From Squalus acanthias (lineage: Eukaryota), in NCBI GenBank assembly GCA_030390025.1, contig CM059433.1:1674001-1738000 (forward strand): DNA of 64,000 nucleotides. The letters are read 5' to 3'. Shown piece after piece: positions 1 to 11,144 of this stretch; position 1 is the first letter of the stretch, and every line of letters starts with the position of its first letter. The notes beneath the pieces are model-generated. The model made no database searches. It saw nothing but the letters and a program-made list of their open reading frames with translations, and was not told the DNA's origin. The position numbers and the translations under genes are program-made.

Positions 1-194
1 GACCATGCATGACGCTTTTATTGTGTGATCAGGCTTACCTGACCTTTTATAACTGGATTATGGTTGAGCAGACCGATAACATCTTTATCTTTTATTGCAA
101 GTTCTAACCGGGAGCTTTAGTTGTCACTACCTTATATCACATCAGCAGAAATCCTATTCATTCTTCTCTTGAAACAAAGGAACTTCTTATATAC

Positions 195-427
195 AAAGAT
201 TTGACAAAGGTTGTGGCTTATTTCTCAACACCCCTTATTCTGGATTACTCCATCAGAAGGAATAGCTTCACGGCATCCACTCTATCCAATCCCTTTATCA
301 TTTTAAACACTTTAATTAGATAACCCCTCAACCTTCTAAACCTGAAGGAATACAAACTAAGTTTTTGCAACCTGTCCTCATAGTTTAACCCTTTAAGTAC
401 TGGTATTATTTGGGTGAACTTCCCCAA
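195..427 (-). mobile_element. CR1 LINE fragment (ORF2 C-terminus), decayed
   Basis: ORF 245-427 translates to LNYEDRLQKLSLYSFRFRRLRGYLIKVFKMIKGLDRVD, the typical CR1 ORF2 C-terminal motif (YEERL..L.LFSL..RRLRGDLIEVFKI). Confidence 0.85.
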
Positions 428-614
428 AACACACCTTATATTCTCTCTTCCAGTTATAACTGGTACTCCTGCCCCTGTACCTTAAATTCAATTCCACACC
501 AAGACTCTCTCCTCTCCAAAAAACATACTTCTGGTCCCCAGGATACTTTGGCATGGCATGCCAATTACACCTTTCACATGGGGTAAGAGCTGGACAGTAG
601 AACTCAGTGCCTCA

Positions 615-1520
615 GAATTCTAGAATGCCATAGCGCAGAAAGAGACCATTCAGCCCATCAGGTCAGCATCTGTGTTTTTTTCCACATAAGCTACAAAGGC
701 GAATCCCACACTGCCATTTGCTCCCATACCCCTTTAATAATGCTCCATTTTAACAACTAACTCGTTCTTTTAATTAAAAAAAATATGGACTTTGCCTCAA
801 CAACAAATTGTGTCAGAGAATTCCGCATTCTAACTAGCTGTGGTGTAAAGAATTGTTTCAAACCGCCCCTTTAGTTCTAAGTGTGAGCCTTTGCTCAGTG
901 GCAGCGCAGCGCTCTTGTCTCTGAGTCAGACACAAACTCAACTCCACACCAGAGACCTGAGCACATAATCCAGGCTGACACTTCAGTTTACTGCTGAGGT
1001 AGTTCTGCACTGTCACAGGTATTTTTTTTTAATCAGATGAGATATCAGACCGAGGTCCTGTCTGCGCTCTCAGGTGGACATAAATGATCCCATGGCACTT
1101 TTTGAAGAAGAGCAGGGGAGTTTTCCCAATGTCCCTCAATCAACACCACCAAAAACTGATTTTCTGGCCGTTTATCTCATTGCTGTTTGTGGAACCTCAG
1201 CAGGTTGGCTGCTGTGTTTCCCTGCATTACAACAGTGACTATGCTTCAAAAGCACTTCACTGACTGTGAAGTGCTTCCGGACACCCCGAGTGTGTGAAAG
1301 GCACTATATAAATGCTAACTGGTCCTTTTGTGATTATTTTAAATTTGTGCCCTATTGTTACCTTGTCATTGATTAGTGTAACAATCTATCACTATCTACC
1401 TCGGAGAACCCTTGATCACCTTTACTAATTTTATCAGGTCCTTATCTTCTCAGCTCCATTGAAAATGCCCTGAATTTCAGAAACCATCTAAATGCAGCCT
1501 CTTTTAGTGTGAACCTGAAC
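615..1520 (-). mobile_element. Old CR1 3' fragment split by the SINE at 883-1320
   Basis: CR1 3'-tail-like 'ccattcagcccatc' near 646 and 'gaattccgcattctaac...gtaaagaa' near 820-850; CR1-like sequence resumes after the SINE ('ttttaaatttgtgccct...atctatcactatctacc'); boundaries approximate. Confidence 0.5.
883..1320 (+). mobile_element. tRNA-derived Deu-domain SINE (SacSINE1-like), diverged near full-length copy
   Basis: Colinear with the reverse complement of 53183-53654: A-box-like 'tgctcagtgg', Deu core 'gatgagat..accgaggtcctgtctg...gatcccatggcac', tail 'gaaaggcactatataaatgc'. Confidence 0.85.
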
Positions 1521-3858
1521 ATGCAACATGTCCATAGCTTGCTTTCGCTACACGCTTAATCTCAGCTCTTTGCCACATTTCAGGAAAAGGTAGGTGAACA
1601 GTTGCCAGATTGCCATGCATTTTCGCTCTGTGATATCCACTAAGCTTACAGTGAAGTGCTGTTAAAATACATTATACGGCAACATTGTAAAATAAAGTGT
1701 GAGCATGCTTGGCAACCTCTCGGAGACCTGCAAATTCCTTCCCCGTCTGGTCCCAGGATCTGATCACAGTTCAGACACCATTCACTTGTTCTGCTGCTCT
1801 TGCTATACTCTTCGGAGGGAAATCCCCTTCCAGGACTTTCTACAGCAGCACCTCTAAAACTGCAAACCTGGAAGGCTGCGGTTTGTCAGTCTAGATCTTG
1901 CTGAGGCCATTTTTTACCTCTCACAGCAGCACTGCTTTAATGTGAGAGCAGCGGCCCTTTAGGAGCTGCCAGTGCCAGATAACAGGCCCCTTTGCTTCAC
2001 GAACTGTGTGCTGGGGACACTGTGATATTATGCAAAGGAGCTGATTTTGCATTGTAGCGTTACAGGGGCACACAGTGCACGAAGAACAGGGCTCCCACTG
2101 TCACCGTGCTGAGGTCACATTATCAACCCCTTAAACTTTTCAAAAGCAATGTATATGTAGTCAAGTAGCTATTCATTTAGCCCTTTATTTAGTGAGTAGT
2201 TTGTTGAACTTGTTAATAAGCGATTAAACCAGGCTTTGCCATCGCAATGGAAATTCAAGGAATGTGTCATAAAACCACGAACAGAAATCAGCACCCTTAC
2301 CAATAGGAAGTTTAACAGAGGCTTATGGAAGGTTTGGAGACGATCGTTTCAATTTTTAGGACAACTTTTCTGAAGGTGTATTTTATCTTTAATGATGTGA
2401 GATTTCCGGTTGAGCTAGAACTTCATGTTTAATGAAATCCTCACCAGCTTTCCATTGTTACTCCTGCTGCTCACAGCACATTCAGCGGAGCTCCTCACTC
2501 ACTGCCATATCTGAAATATGTGCCTTATGAGATGGCTGGTAAGAGTTGTGAAGCTGTCTAACCAAATAAAGGAATGCTTTGTTTAACATTCTCAGTTAAT
2601 ATAAAACCACACTTTAATTATTCAACTGAGATCAAAGATGCATTTTTCACTGTTGTTTACTTCAATAAAAACATTTTCTTAAAAAAAAATGGAAGTTAGG
2701 AATGTGCTCCTCTAAGAGCACCATACATCTTACATCCTTAAACCTTTATCAAAGTAGCACGATCAATCAAAGCACTTCAATCCATTGGTGACTTTAGTAC
2801 TGGCAGTGTGAACATCTTCCCATTACTGACCCAAAGAATGCTTCATTCTGTCACCTCCTGGGTGAAAAGTGTTTAGACGACTGATCCTTAGAGGAAGCCT
2901 TCAGTTTGGAACCAGGTCAGTGGGTGTTTAATATGGATCAGTGATTTTAACACAATGTTTTGATGTACATTGGGGCTTCTGACAGGGATGAATGATGATC
3001 TGAATGAAATATAGGTGCCACACAAAAGGCAGGCAATTTGAAAACTTGCTTTGGTCCCACACCAGCAAAGAATATTTATCAAAAGCCTCCTTTACACTAC
3101 AGCTGCAAGTTGTATTTGTTGGGAATTGGCAGCTGATTTGCGGCAACATTTTTCACTGCGACTGCAGCAGAGCTATTTACCCCCGAGTTGAAAATGCCGC
3201 AGACGACAGATTTGAGATCCAATGTGAATCAGAAGATTCCGGTATTTTTTTGTCACATGTGATGCTGGTAATTTGCTACTGTTCTGTGGGACCGCTGAAT
3301 GAGAACCGATGTCATTCTAAATGATGCAAGTCTGCATCGAGTTAGGGTTACCCTGAGCCAGGCTGAATTACATTTCTAACGATGAGCCTGATTACAGCTA
3401 GAAAAGCAACTCAAGACAACACATAAGACTCTCCATTCTTTCAAAACAACAAAATACTATAAATTTTAAAATATGAATAATAAAGGAAAAGGAAATCTAT
3501 GCCATTTAGTGGTTCAAGCATTGAGTGCTGACTTTCTATTAGCGCAGTCTAAATATGAATCTAGTTTAAAAAGGGTCAAGTCGATCTGGAATCCTGGATT
3601 CCTATTCAGAGAACTTCAATGCAAATTTAATCCAGAGATCTGGATAATATATTCTGGTGGAGCGTTCTGTTGTGCTTTAGATATATGAAATAAAAAAGCA
3701 ATGAAGAAAAGGGATATTAGGGGTAATCAATGGCTATGGCAGTAGAATATTAAGTTCCCATTTGGAAAGCTTAGCTATGGCTCTAAAAAAGAGTCTGGAT
3801 GATCAGAGAGTCTGGCAGCGGAGTGCAACAGGAAACGCAAATCCAATAATCCGATCTG

Positions 3859-4083
3859 TGCAGTACTGAGGGAGTGCTGACCTGTCAGAGGTGCTGTCTT
3901 TTGAATGAGGTTAAAGTGAGGTTCCATCTGCCCGCTCAGGTGCTTCTGAAAGACCCCTTGGCACTATCCCAAGAAGAGCAGGGGAGTTCTCCCGCTGTCC
4001 TGGCCAATATTTATCCCTCAACCAACATCACTAAAAACAGATTGTCTGGCCATTTTTCTCATTGCTGTTTGTGGGACCTTGCA
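3859..4083 (+). mobile_element. Deu-domain SINE internal fragment
   Basis: 'cagtactgagggagtgctg...gaggtgctgtcttt...gaagagcaggggagttctccc...tgtcctggccaatatttatccctcaaccaacatcact' matches the other SINE copies. Confidence 0.85.
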
Positions 4084-4322
4084 ATGAGATTAATAACCAG
4101 AGAATCGGCCAGTCATGGGGCGTGACTGACATCTGACAGCCACCGGTCTCTTTCCATGTGTGCAGTGTGAGCTGCACCCAGATCGTGCCCCAACACAGGT
4201 GCAATCCAATTTCTAGGCCGATAGTTCCTAGTCGGCAATGAAAGGCTGCTAATGCCGCTCTGTGATCAACATTCTATGTCTATTTTGCCTCAGCAAATCT
4301 GAAATGGCTTATTTAAAGTGAC

Positions 4323-5199
4323 TCAAGTCCCACTCCAGAGACTTGAGCACATAAAGCTAGGCTGACACTCCAGTGCCCTACTGAGGGAGTGTTACACTGT
4401 TAGGGGCAGTACTGAGGGAGCGCTGCACTGTCGGAGGGGCAGTACTGAGGGAGTGCCGCACTGTCGGAGGGGCAGTACTGAGGGAGTGCCGCACTGTCGG
4501 AGGGGCAGTACTGAGGGAGCGCCGCACTGTCGGAGGGGCAGTACTGAGGGAGCGCCGCACTGTCGGAGGGGCAGTACTGAGGGAGTGCCGCACTGTCGGA
4601 GGGGCAGTACTGAGGGAGCGCCGCACTGTCGGAGGGGCAGTACTGAGGGAGTGCTGCACTGTCGGAGGGGCAGTGCTGAGGGAGCGCCGCACTGTCGGAG
4701 GGGCAGTACTGAGGGAGCGCCGCACTGTCGGAGGGGCAGTACTGAGGGAGCGCCGCACTGTCGGAGGGGCAGTACTGAGGGAGTGCTGCACTGTCGGAAG
4801 GGCAGTACTGAGGGAGCGCCGCACTGTCGGAGGGGCAGTGCTGAGGGAGCGCTGCACTGTCGGAAGTGCCGTCTTTCAGATGAGACGTTAAACCGAGGCC
4901 CTGTCTGCTCTCTCAGGTGGACGCAAAAGATCCCACGGCACTATTTTGAAGAAGAGCAGGGGAGTTATCCCTGGTGTCCTGGCCAATATTTATCCCTCAA
5001 TCCACATTATAAAAGCAGATGATCTGGTCATTATCACATTGCTGTTTGTGGGAGCTTGCTGTGCGCAAATTGGCTGCCGCATTTCCCACATTACAACAGT
5101 GATTCCACTTCAAAAATACTTCATTGGCTGTAACGCGCTTTGAGACATCCGGTGGTTGTGAAAGGCGCTATAGAAATGCAAGTCTTTCTTTCTTTCTTT
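4323..5199 (+). mobile_element. Deu-domain SINE, 5'-truncated at the B box, with an internal minisatellite expansion
   Basis: Starts 'tcaagtcccactccagagacttgagcac', Deu core 4867-5000, ends in 'aaatgcaagtctttctttctttcttt'. Confidence 0.9.
4371..4866 (+). repeat. 33-bp minisatellite, ~15 copies (cagtactgagggagcgccgcactgtcggagggg)
   Basis: Direct reading; 11-aa periodicity (RRGSTEGAPHC) in the overlapping ORFs. Confidence 0.95.
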
Positions 5200-5441
5200 A
5201 AAAGTTAGTAAATTCATGAGAATCCTACCAAGGTTGGAAAGAGGTTTATCAGAGGGTTCTAATACAATTGGGCTTACACTGTATTATTCTGTGTAGGCAA
5301 AGGAAATGGGATGAGTAGATAGCTCCAATGTTAAGTTAGATTTGGACACATCTAAGTGCTAGATAGCCGTCCTCTACAATTAAATTTCTATGACTATTAT
5401 GGGGCCAATAATGCAGCGCTGACACAGCAATGTTGAACCCT

Positions 5442-6168
5442 CCAACAAGCGAGAGTCTAACCACCGCCCCTTGACATTCAACGGCATTACCATCGCCGAA
5501 TCCCCACCATCAACATCCTGGGGGTCACTATTGACCAGAAACTTAACTGGACCAGCCACATAAATCAGAGGCTAGGTATTCTGCGGCGAGTGTCTCACCT
5601 CCTGACTCCCCAAAGCCTTTCCACCATCTACAAGGCACAAGTAAGGAGTGTGATGGAATGCTCTCCACTTGCCTGGATGAGTGCAGCTCCAACAACACTC
5701 AAGAAGCTCGACACCATCCAGGACAAAGCAGCCCGCTTGATCGGCACCCCATCCACCACCTTAAACATTCACTTCCTCCACCACCGGCGTACCGTGGCTG
5801 CAGTGTGTACCATCTACAAGATGCACTGCAGAAACTCGCCAAGGCTTCTTCGACAGCACCTCCCAAACCTGCGACCTCTACCACCTAGAAGGACAAGGGC
5901 AGCAGGTGCATGGGAACACCACCACCTCCAAATTCCCCTCCAAGTCACACAGCATCCTGACTTAGAAGTATATCGCCAATCCTTCATCGTCGCTGGGTCA
6001 AAATCCTGGAACTCCCTCCCTAACAGCACTGTGGGAGCACCTTCACCACACGGACTGCAGCGGTTCAAGAAGGCGGCTCAACACCACCTTCTCAAGGGCA
6101 ATTTGGGATGGGCAATAAATGCTGGCCTTGTTAGCGATGCCCAGATCCCATAAACAAATTTTAAAAAA
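5442..6168 (+). mobile_element. 5'-truncated non-LTR retrotransposon (CR1/L2/Jockey group; clade uncertain), RT C-terminal region plus 3' tail
   Basis: ILGVTIDQKLNWTSHI, then IYKAQVRSVMECSPLAW...LDTIQDKAARLI...WNSLP; tail 'gggatgggcaataaatgctggcctt' recurs at ~24444-24470. Confidence 0.85.
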
Positions 6169-6767
6169 TACCAAAGTGAGGTAATGTTCTATAATGCTAC
6201 AAGTCCAGCTCATTTAAATATGTTTCTGGTGCGTAGCGACTGTTGTGCTGGGAGCCCCATGGCAGTCGAGGGCTGAAGGGTCAGGTGCCAGCAGCCAGTG
6301 AAGGGCTGCCGGCCGCCTGTCAATTTGCAGCGTTTTTCTTCTGCAATGTGATGGGGACCAAAGTCCCCTTTTCAAGAATTGGTCGTCGGAGGCCAAGTGA
6401 AAGCTGGGGCACTAATTGGATGGTCCTGTACTGAGGACAGGGACACTCACCAGTAACCTCTTTCAGTTTTTTGGGCAGGCAGCCTCTGGAGCACTGTTGG
6501 AAACAGGTGCCGAGTGACTGGGAGCACTGCTCAGGCACTCCAGCCACATTATGGCGAGACTTTCTAATCTACATCATAGCTGGCGCCTCACTCAGCCTTG
6601 CACACTATTGATGCACTGGTTCTCAGTGCTCAATGTGCTGAATGACTGCGTTGCAAATAGAAAGCCTCAGCCCTCCGTGCCTGATAATATGGGGCTCCTC
6701 TGAAGTCCAATTGTACTTCAGCTACCAAGGATCACATTATCGGCCCCTACTTGCATAGAATTACATT

Positions 6768-7633
6768 GGGCTGGATTTTCCCAGCCCTGAGGAGGCGGGT
6801 CTGGAGGTGGGACTGCTGGAAAAATCAAATAAAATGGGAGCAGGTCCCGAACCCGCTCCCAACCCACCTCCAACTAATCTTCCCGGGAGTCGAGTCCCCG
6901 ATTTGCGCAGGGATCCGACTCCTAGCGGCGGGAAGAGGATTATAGCCACTTAACTGCCTGTTAACAGGTAGTTTACAGGGAGTTAAGAGGCTTTTTCCAA
7001 TTTTTCGACTGCTGCTGTGGGCTTCCAGAAGTCAGGGAACCCGCCAGGGTAAGTGAGACGTGATGTGGGTCTGTTGTTATGTTGGTGTTTGGATGACAGC
7101 TGCAGAAGTGGTGTGAAGGATGCAATGGGACACTGGTTAGTATCAGAGGTAAGGAAATGTTATGAAAGTAATTTTTAATGTGTTTCGATGTTTCTGCAGG
7201 TGACAAGCTGTGAAGTGTTTGTGTAGCCTCATCTCATCGGGAGAAGTGACAGATGTCTTCTGCAATCTCAGCTGCAGCTGCCATCTGTTTTATCCTAAGG
7301 AGAGAGTAATTGGAGAGCCAGGGTGAAAGGGCTCACCTTTGGACAGTGATTGTCAGTGTTTGACAGCACCTCAATGCTGTCAAACACTGTCAAATCATCT
7401 GTCAAACAAGTGTGGTGCATATGCCTTTAAGAAAACCGGCAGATGAAGCGTCATCAACTGATGTCATCTGACACCGGCTTTCCCTTAATTGGTCGGCAAG
7501 CCCGCAGGGCGGGCTTAACGAGGCCAATCAGGGCAAAATAGCGTCTGTTCATCAGACGTCGCTGGGGGCGGGACTGGAACCCGAAAACCTGCAGTCCGGC
7601 CTCGAACTCGGCCGTCCAGGTAAGATTCCGCCC
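6768..7633. mobile_element. Non-autonomous TIR DNA element (Harbinger-like), decayed
   Basis: Ends gggctggattttcc / ggtaagattccgccc; 7349-7410 matches the reverse complement of 63517-63578, so it is a multi-copy family. Confidence 0.6.
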
Positions 7634-7635
7634 AA

Positions 7636-7810
7636 AGAATCTACAGCACAGAAACAGGCCATTCGGCCCAACCAGTCCATGGGTTTATGCTCCACACCAG
7701 CCTCCTCCAACCCCTCTTCATCTCACCCTATCAGCACATCCTTCTAATCCTTTCTTCATGTGGTAGCAAGTTCCACATTCTAACCACTCTCATGTAAGGA
7801 AGTGTTTCCT
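7636..7810 (-). mobile_element. CR1 3' end fragment
   Basis: 'cagcacagaaacaggccattcggcccaaccagtccat' near-identical to the CR1 tail at 55983-56018. Confidence 0.8.
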
Positions 7811-8772
7811 GCAACGCACTTGCAACACACCTCAAGACCTTGCTGTCAGAGGTGCCGTTCAAAGCATAAGCATACATTTTGAGCTAAGTGAAAAGGTGAT
7901 CGTTGCCACTAAAGCTACGGAACATTTGGAAGGCCTGCATTTGTCAGTTATATATCTAGCAATGACCTGAAGTGTAACCTCACAAACAGATTTACTGCAT
8001 TGTAAAAATGTGCGAACTTCAAAGTAGTGGAGTCATATGTCACTGAAGTGCCGGTTCGGCTTGACTCTGCTTGGGCTGTGTGGTCTTGTACGTGACTTTG
8101 GAACCGTTCTCCCATATTTGTAGATGTACTGCATTTGTGTGCCTCCTGGTAAGCAGCTTTTTTGCAGTACAAGTTGAAACGAAGCTGTAGGACACATTTG
8201 TTCTTTTGATAAGGCTGGATAGTAAGCACTATGGGTAAAGCTATAAATGAGGTAAAGTGAATAGGGAGAATAATATTCTGCTGATTGATTTTGATTTTTA
8301 TGTTAAGCATGAATGACAACGTAAAGTGAGCCAGGCTAATGAGGTCTGACTGTACTGTGCTCTATTAAGGATTAAGAACAGGGAGGGGGAAATGATTCAA
8401 CATGCCATGCCTTCTGGGAATATAATTTTAGATTAAAAAGAATAATTTCTCTTCAGATCAAAGTGAATTCAGGGAAAGACTAAATTCCACTGTTAAGTAA
8501 GTAAATACTCAATGGATCTCCGTGTTCAAGAGAATAGTTTGAAGGAAAGTGGGGCATTGTAGCTTGTGAAAGGTCCAGAATTTATTTACATTGAACAAAT
8601 CATCTCAAACACAAAGAGCACAATTGTTTCCCTACCTGGGTTTTTGGTCGGATGGTTTAATGTAATGCAGATACTCCAGCGAAAGTGGAGTTCCCATTCC
8701 CTCTCATGCTAGAAAGACCAGGGATTGCATTTCTCACAGGGTCACCATCAATCAGGAGAAAGAGTTACTAGT

Positions 8773-8932
8773 GGGGGTGAAAGTGCTCTCTAGCAGTCGA
8801 GCGAAACAGGATGATAGCGAATCAGCAGCCAGTTTTAGATCACATCCCATTTTCTTTTCTCTTGACTTTGATCGGGCTGCCGATTCACTTTGAGCCCGTT
8901 TTGTGCTACTGGTGTAGACCAATTTCACACAC
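8773..8932. mobile_element. Short quasi-palindromic MITE (~160 bp)
   Basis: gggggtgaaa...tttcacacac ends; inner inverted arms 'gcgaatcagcagcc' / 'gggctgccgattcac'; flanks AGT/ACT; resembles the termini of 11145-13150. Confidence 0.55.
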
Positions 8933-9159
8933 ACTGTCTTGAAAATAAAGTAGATGTAATCATTTAATCACTGATTTAAATTGCGATGCTTTATCTATAG
9001 CAACACCATGAGCAACAGTGCAACAAAAGGAATGTAAGGATGTGAAGCTCATTAACTGCAATAGATTATTTGATTTGAATGCTTTGGTCCCTCCCTCAGA
9101 TATCAGTCACAGACAGAGTAAGGCCAATTTTCATCTGGCATTCTAAGGCTTTTCAGTAG

Positions 9160-11075
9160 GTGGTGGGGGCGGGCTGGGGCGGGCTGGGGGGAGGGCTGGG
9201 GGGCGGGCTGGGTGCGGGCTGGGGTGGGGGCTGGGGGGAGGGCTGGGGGGCGGGCTGGAGGGCGGGCTGGGGGGCGGGCAGGGGGGAGGGCTGGGGGGAG
9301 GGCTGGGGTGCGGGCTGGGGCGGGAAGGGGGGCTGGGGGTGGGGGGGAGGGCTGGGGGCCGGGCTGGGGCGGGGGCTGGGGGGCGGGCTGGGGTGGGGGC
9401 TGCGGGGAGGGCTGGGAGGAGGGCTGGGGGAGGGCTGGGGTGGGGGCGGGCTGGGGGGAGGGCTGGGGGGATTGCTGGGGGGCTGGGTTGGGGGCAGGGT
9501 GGAGCGGGCTGGGGGGAGGGCTGGGGGGCGGGCTGGGGTGGGGGCTGGGGGGAGGGCTGGGGGGAGGGCTGGGGGGTGGGCGGGCTGGGGGGCGGGCTGG
9601 GGCGGGGGCTGGGGGGAGGGCTGGGGGGCGGGCTGGGGCGGGGGCTGGGGGGAGGGCTGGGGGGCGGGCTGGGGTGGGGGCTGGGGGGAGGGCTGGGTTG
9701 GGGGTGGGCTGGGGGGCTGGGGGGGCGGGCTGGGGTGGGGGCTGGGGGGAGGGCTGGGGGGCTGGGGGGGCGGGCTGGGGCGGGCTGGGGGGGTGCTGGA
9801 GGGCGGGCTGGGGCGGGCTGGGGGGGCTGTGGGGCGGGCTGGGGTGGGGGCTGGGGGCAGGGCTCGGGGGAGGGCTGGGGTGGGGGCGGGCTGGGGTGGG
9901 GGCGGGCTGGGGGGCGGGCTGGAGCGGGCTGGGGGGCTGGGGGGGTGGGAAGGGGGGCGTGTTGGGGGGGGCTGGGGGGTGCTGGGGGGCGGGCTGGGGG
10001 GAGGGCTGGGGCGGGGGCTGGGGGGAGGGCTGGGGGGCGGGCTGGGGTGGGGGCTGCAGGGAGGGCTGGGGGGAGGGCTGGGGGAGGGCTGGGGTGGGGG
10101 CGGGCTGGGGGGAGGGCTGGGGGGATTGCTGGGGGGCTGGGTTGGGGGCGGGGTGGAGCGGGCTGGGGGGAGGGCTGGGGGGAGGGCTGGGGGGAGGGCT
10201 GGGGGGTGGGCTGGGGTGGGGGCTGGGGGAGGGCTGGGGGGAGGGCTGGGGGGTGGGCTGGGGTGGGGGCGGGCTGGGGGGCGGGCTGGGGCGGGGGCTG
10301 GGGGGAGGGCTGGGGGGCGGGCTGGGGCGGGGGCTGGGGGGAGGGCTGGGGGGCGGGCTGGGGTTGGGGCTGGGGGGAGGGCTGGGTTGGGGGTGGGCTG
10401 GGGGGCTGGGGGGGCGGGCTGGGGTGGGGGCTGGGGGGAGGGCTGGGGGGCTGGGGGGGCGGGCTGGGGTGGGCTGGGGGGGTGCTGGAGGGCGGGCTGG
10501 GGCGGGCTGGGGGGGCTGTGGGGCGGGCTGGGGTGGGGGCTGGGGGGAGGGCTCGGGGGAGGGCTGGGGTGGGGGCGGGCTGGGGTGGGGGCGGGCTGGG
10601 GGGCGGGCTGGAGCGGGCTGGGGGGCTGGGGGGCTGGGGGGTGGGAAGGGGGGCGTGTTGGGGGGGGCTGGGGGGTGCTGGGGGGCGGGCTGGGGGGAGG
10701 GCTGGGGCGGGGGCTGGGGGGAGGGCTGGGGGGGCGGGCTGGGGTGGGGGCTGCGGGGAGGGCTGGGGGGAGGGCTGGGGGAGGGCTGGGGTGGGGGCGG
10801 GCTGGGGGGAGGGCTGGGGGGATTGCTGGGGGGCTGGGTTGGGGGCGGGGTGGAGCGGGCTGGGGGGAGGGCTGGGGGGAGGGCTGGAGGGGGGGGCTGG
10901 GGGGAGGGCTGGGGGAGGGCTGGGGGGTGGGGGCGGGCTGGGGGGCTGGCTGGGCGACGGGCTGGAGCAGGCTGGGGGTCTGGGGGGCGGGCTGGGGGGC
11001 GGGCTTGGGGGGGCTGGGGGGTCTGGGGGGCGGGCTGGGGAGGGCTGGGTGGGGCTGGGGGCGGGATGGGGGGAG
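9160..11075 (+). repeat. G-rich tandem array (~12-13-bp GGGCTGGGGG[G/C/A]-type units) with ~0.65-0.70-kb higher-order period
   Basis: Direct reading; rare marker 'ggggattgctgggg' at ~9471, 10125 and 10822; 'gggaaggggggcgtgtt' at 9947 and 10643. Confidence 0.95.
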
Positions 11076-11144
11076 TTGAAATCAGGCTGGGAGTCCACCT
11101 GCTGACACTTCCAGGGATTCTCCATCGGAAGTAATGAAACGCAT

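Noticed and set aside
4371..4866. CRISPR-like regular 33-bp repeat
   Set aside because: No unique spacers, no cas genes, and it lies inside a vertebrate SINE
9143..11134. Overlapping 590-660-aa Pro-rich and Gly/Trp-rich ORFs (extensin- or spidroin-like)
   Set aside because: Open in several frames on both strands because the G-rich repeat lacks stops; no codon-position signal
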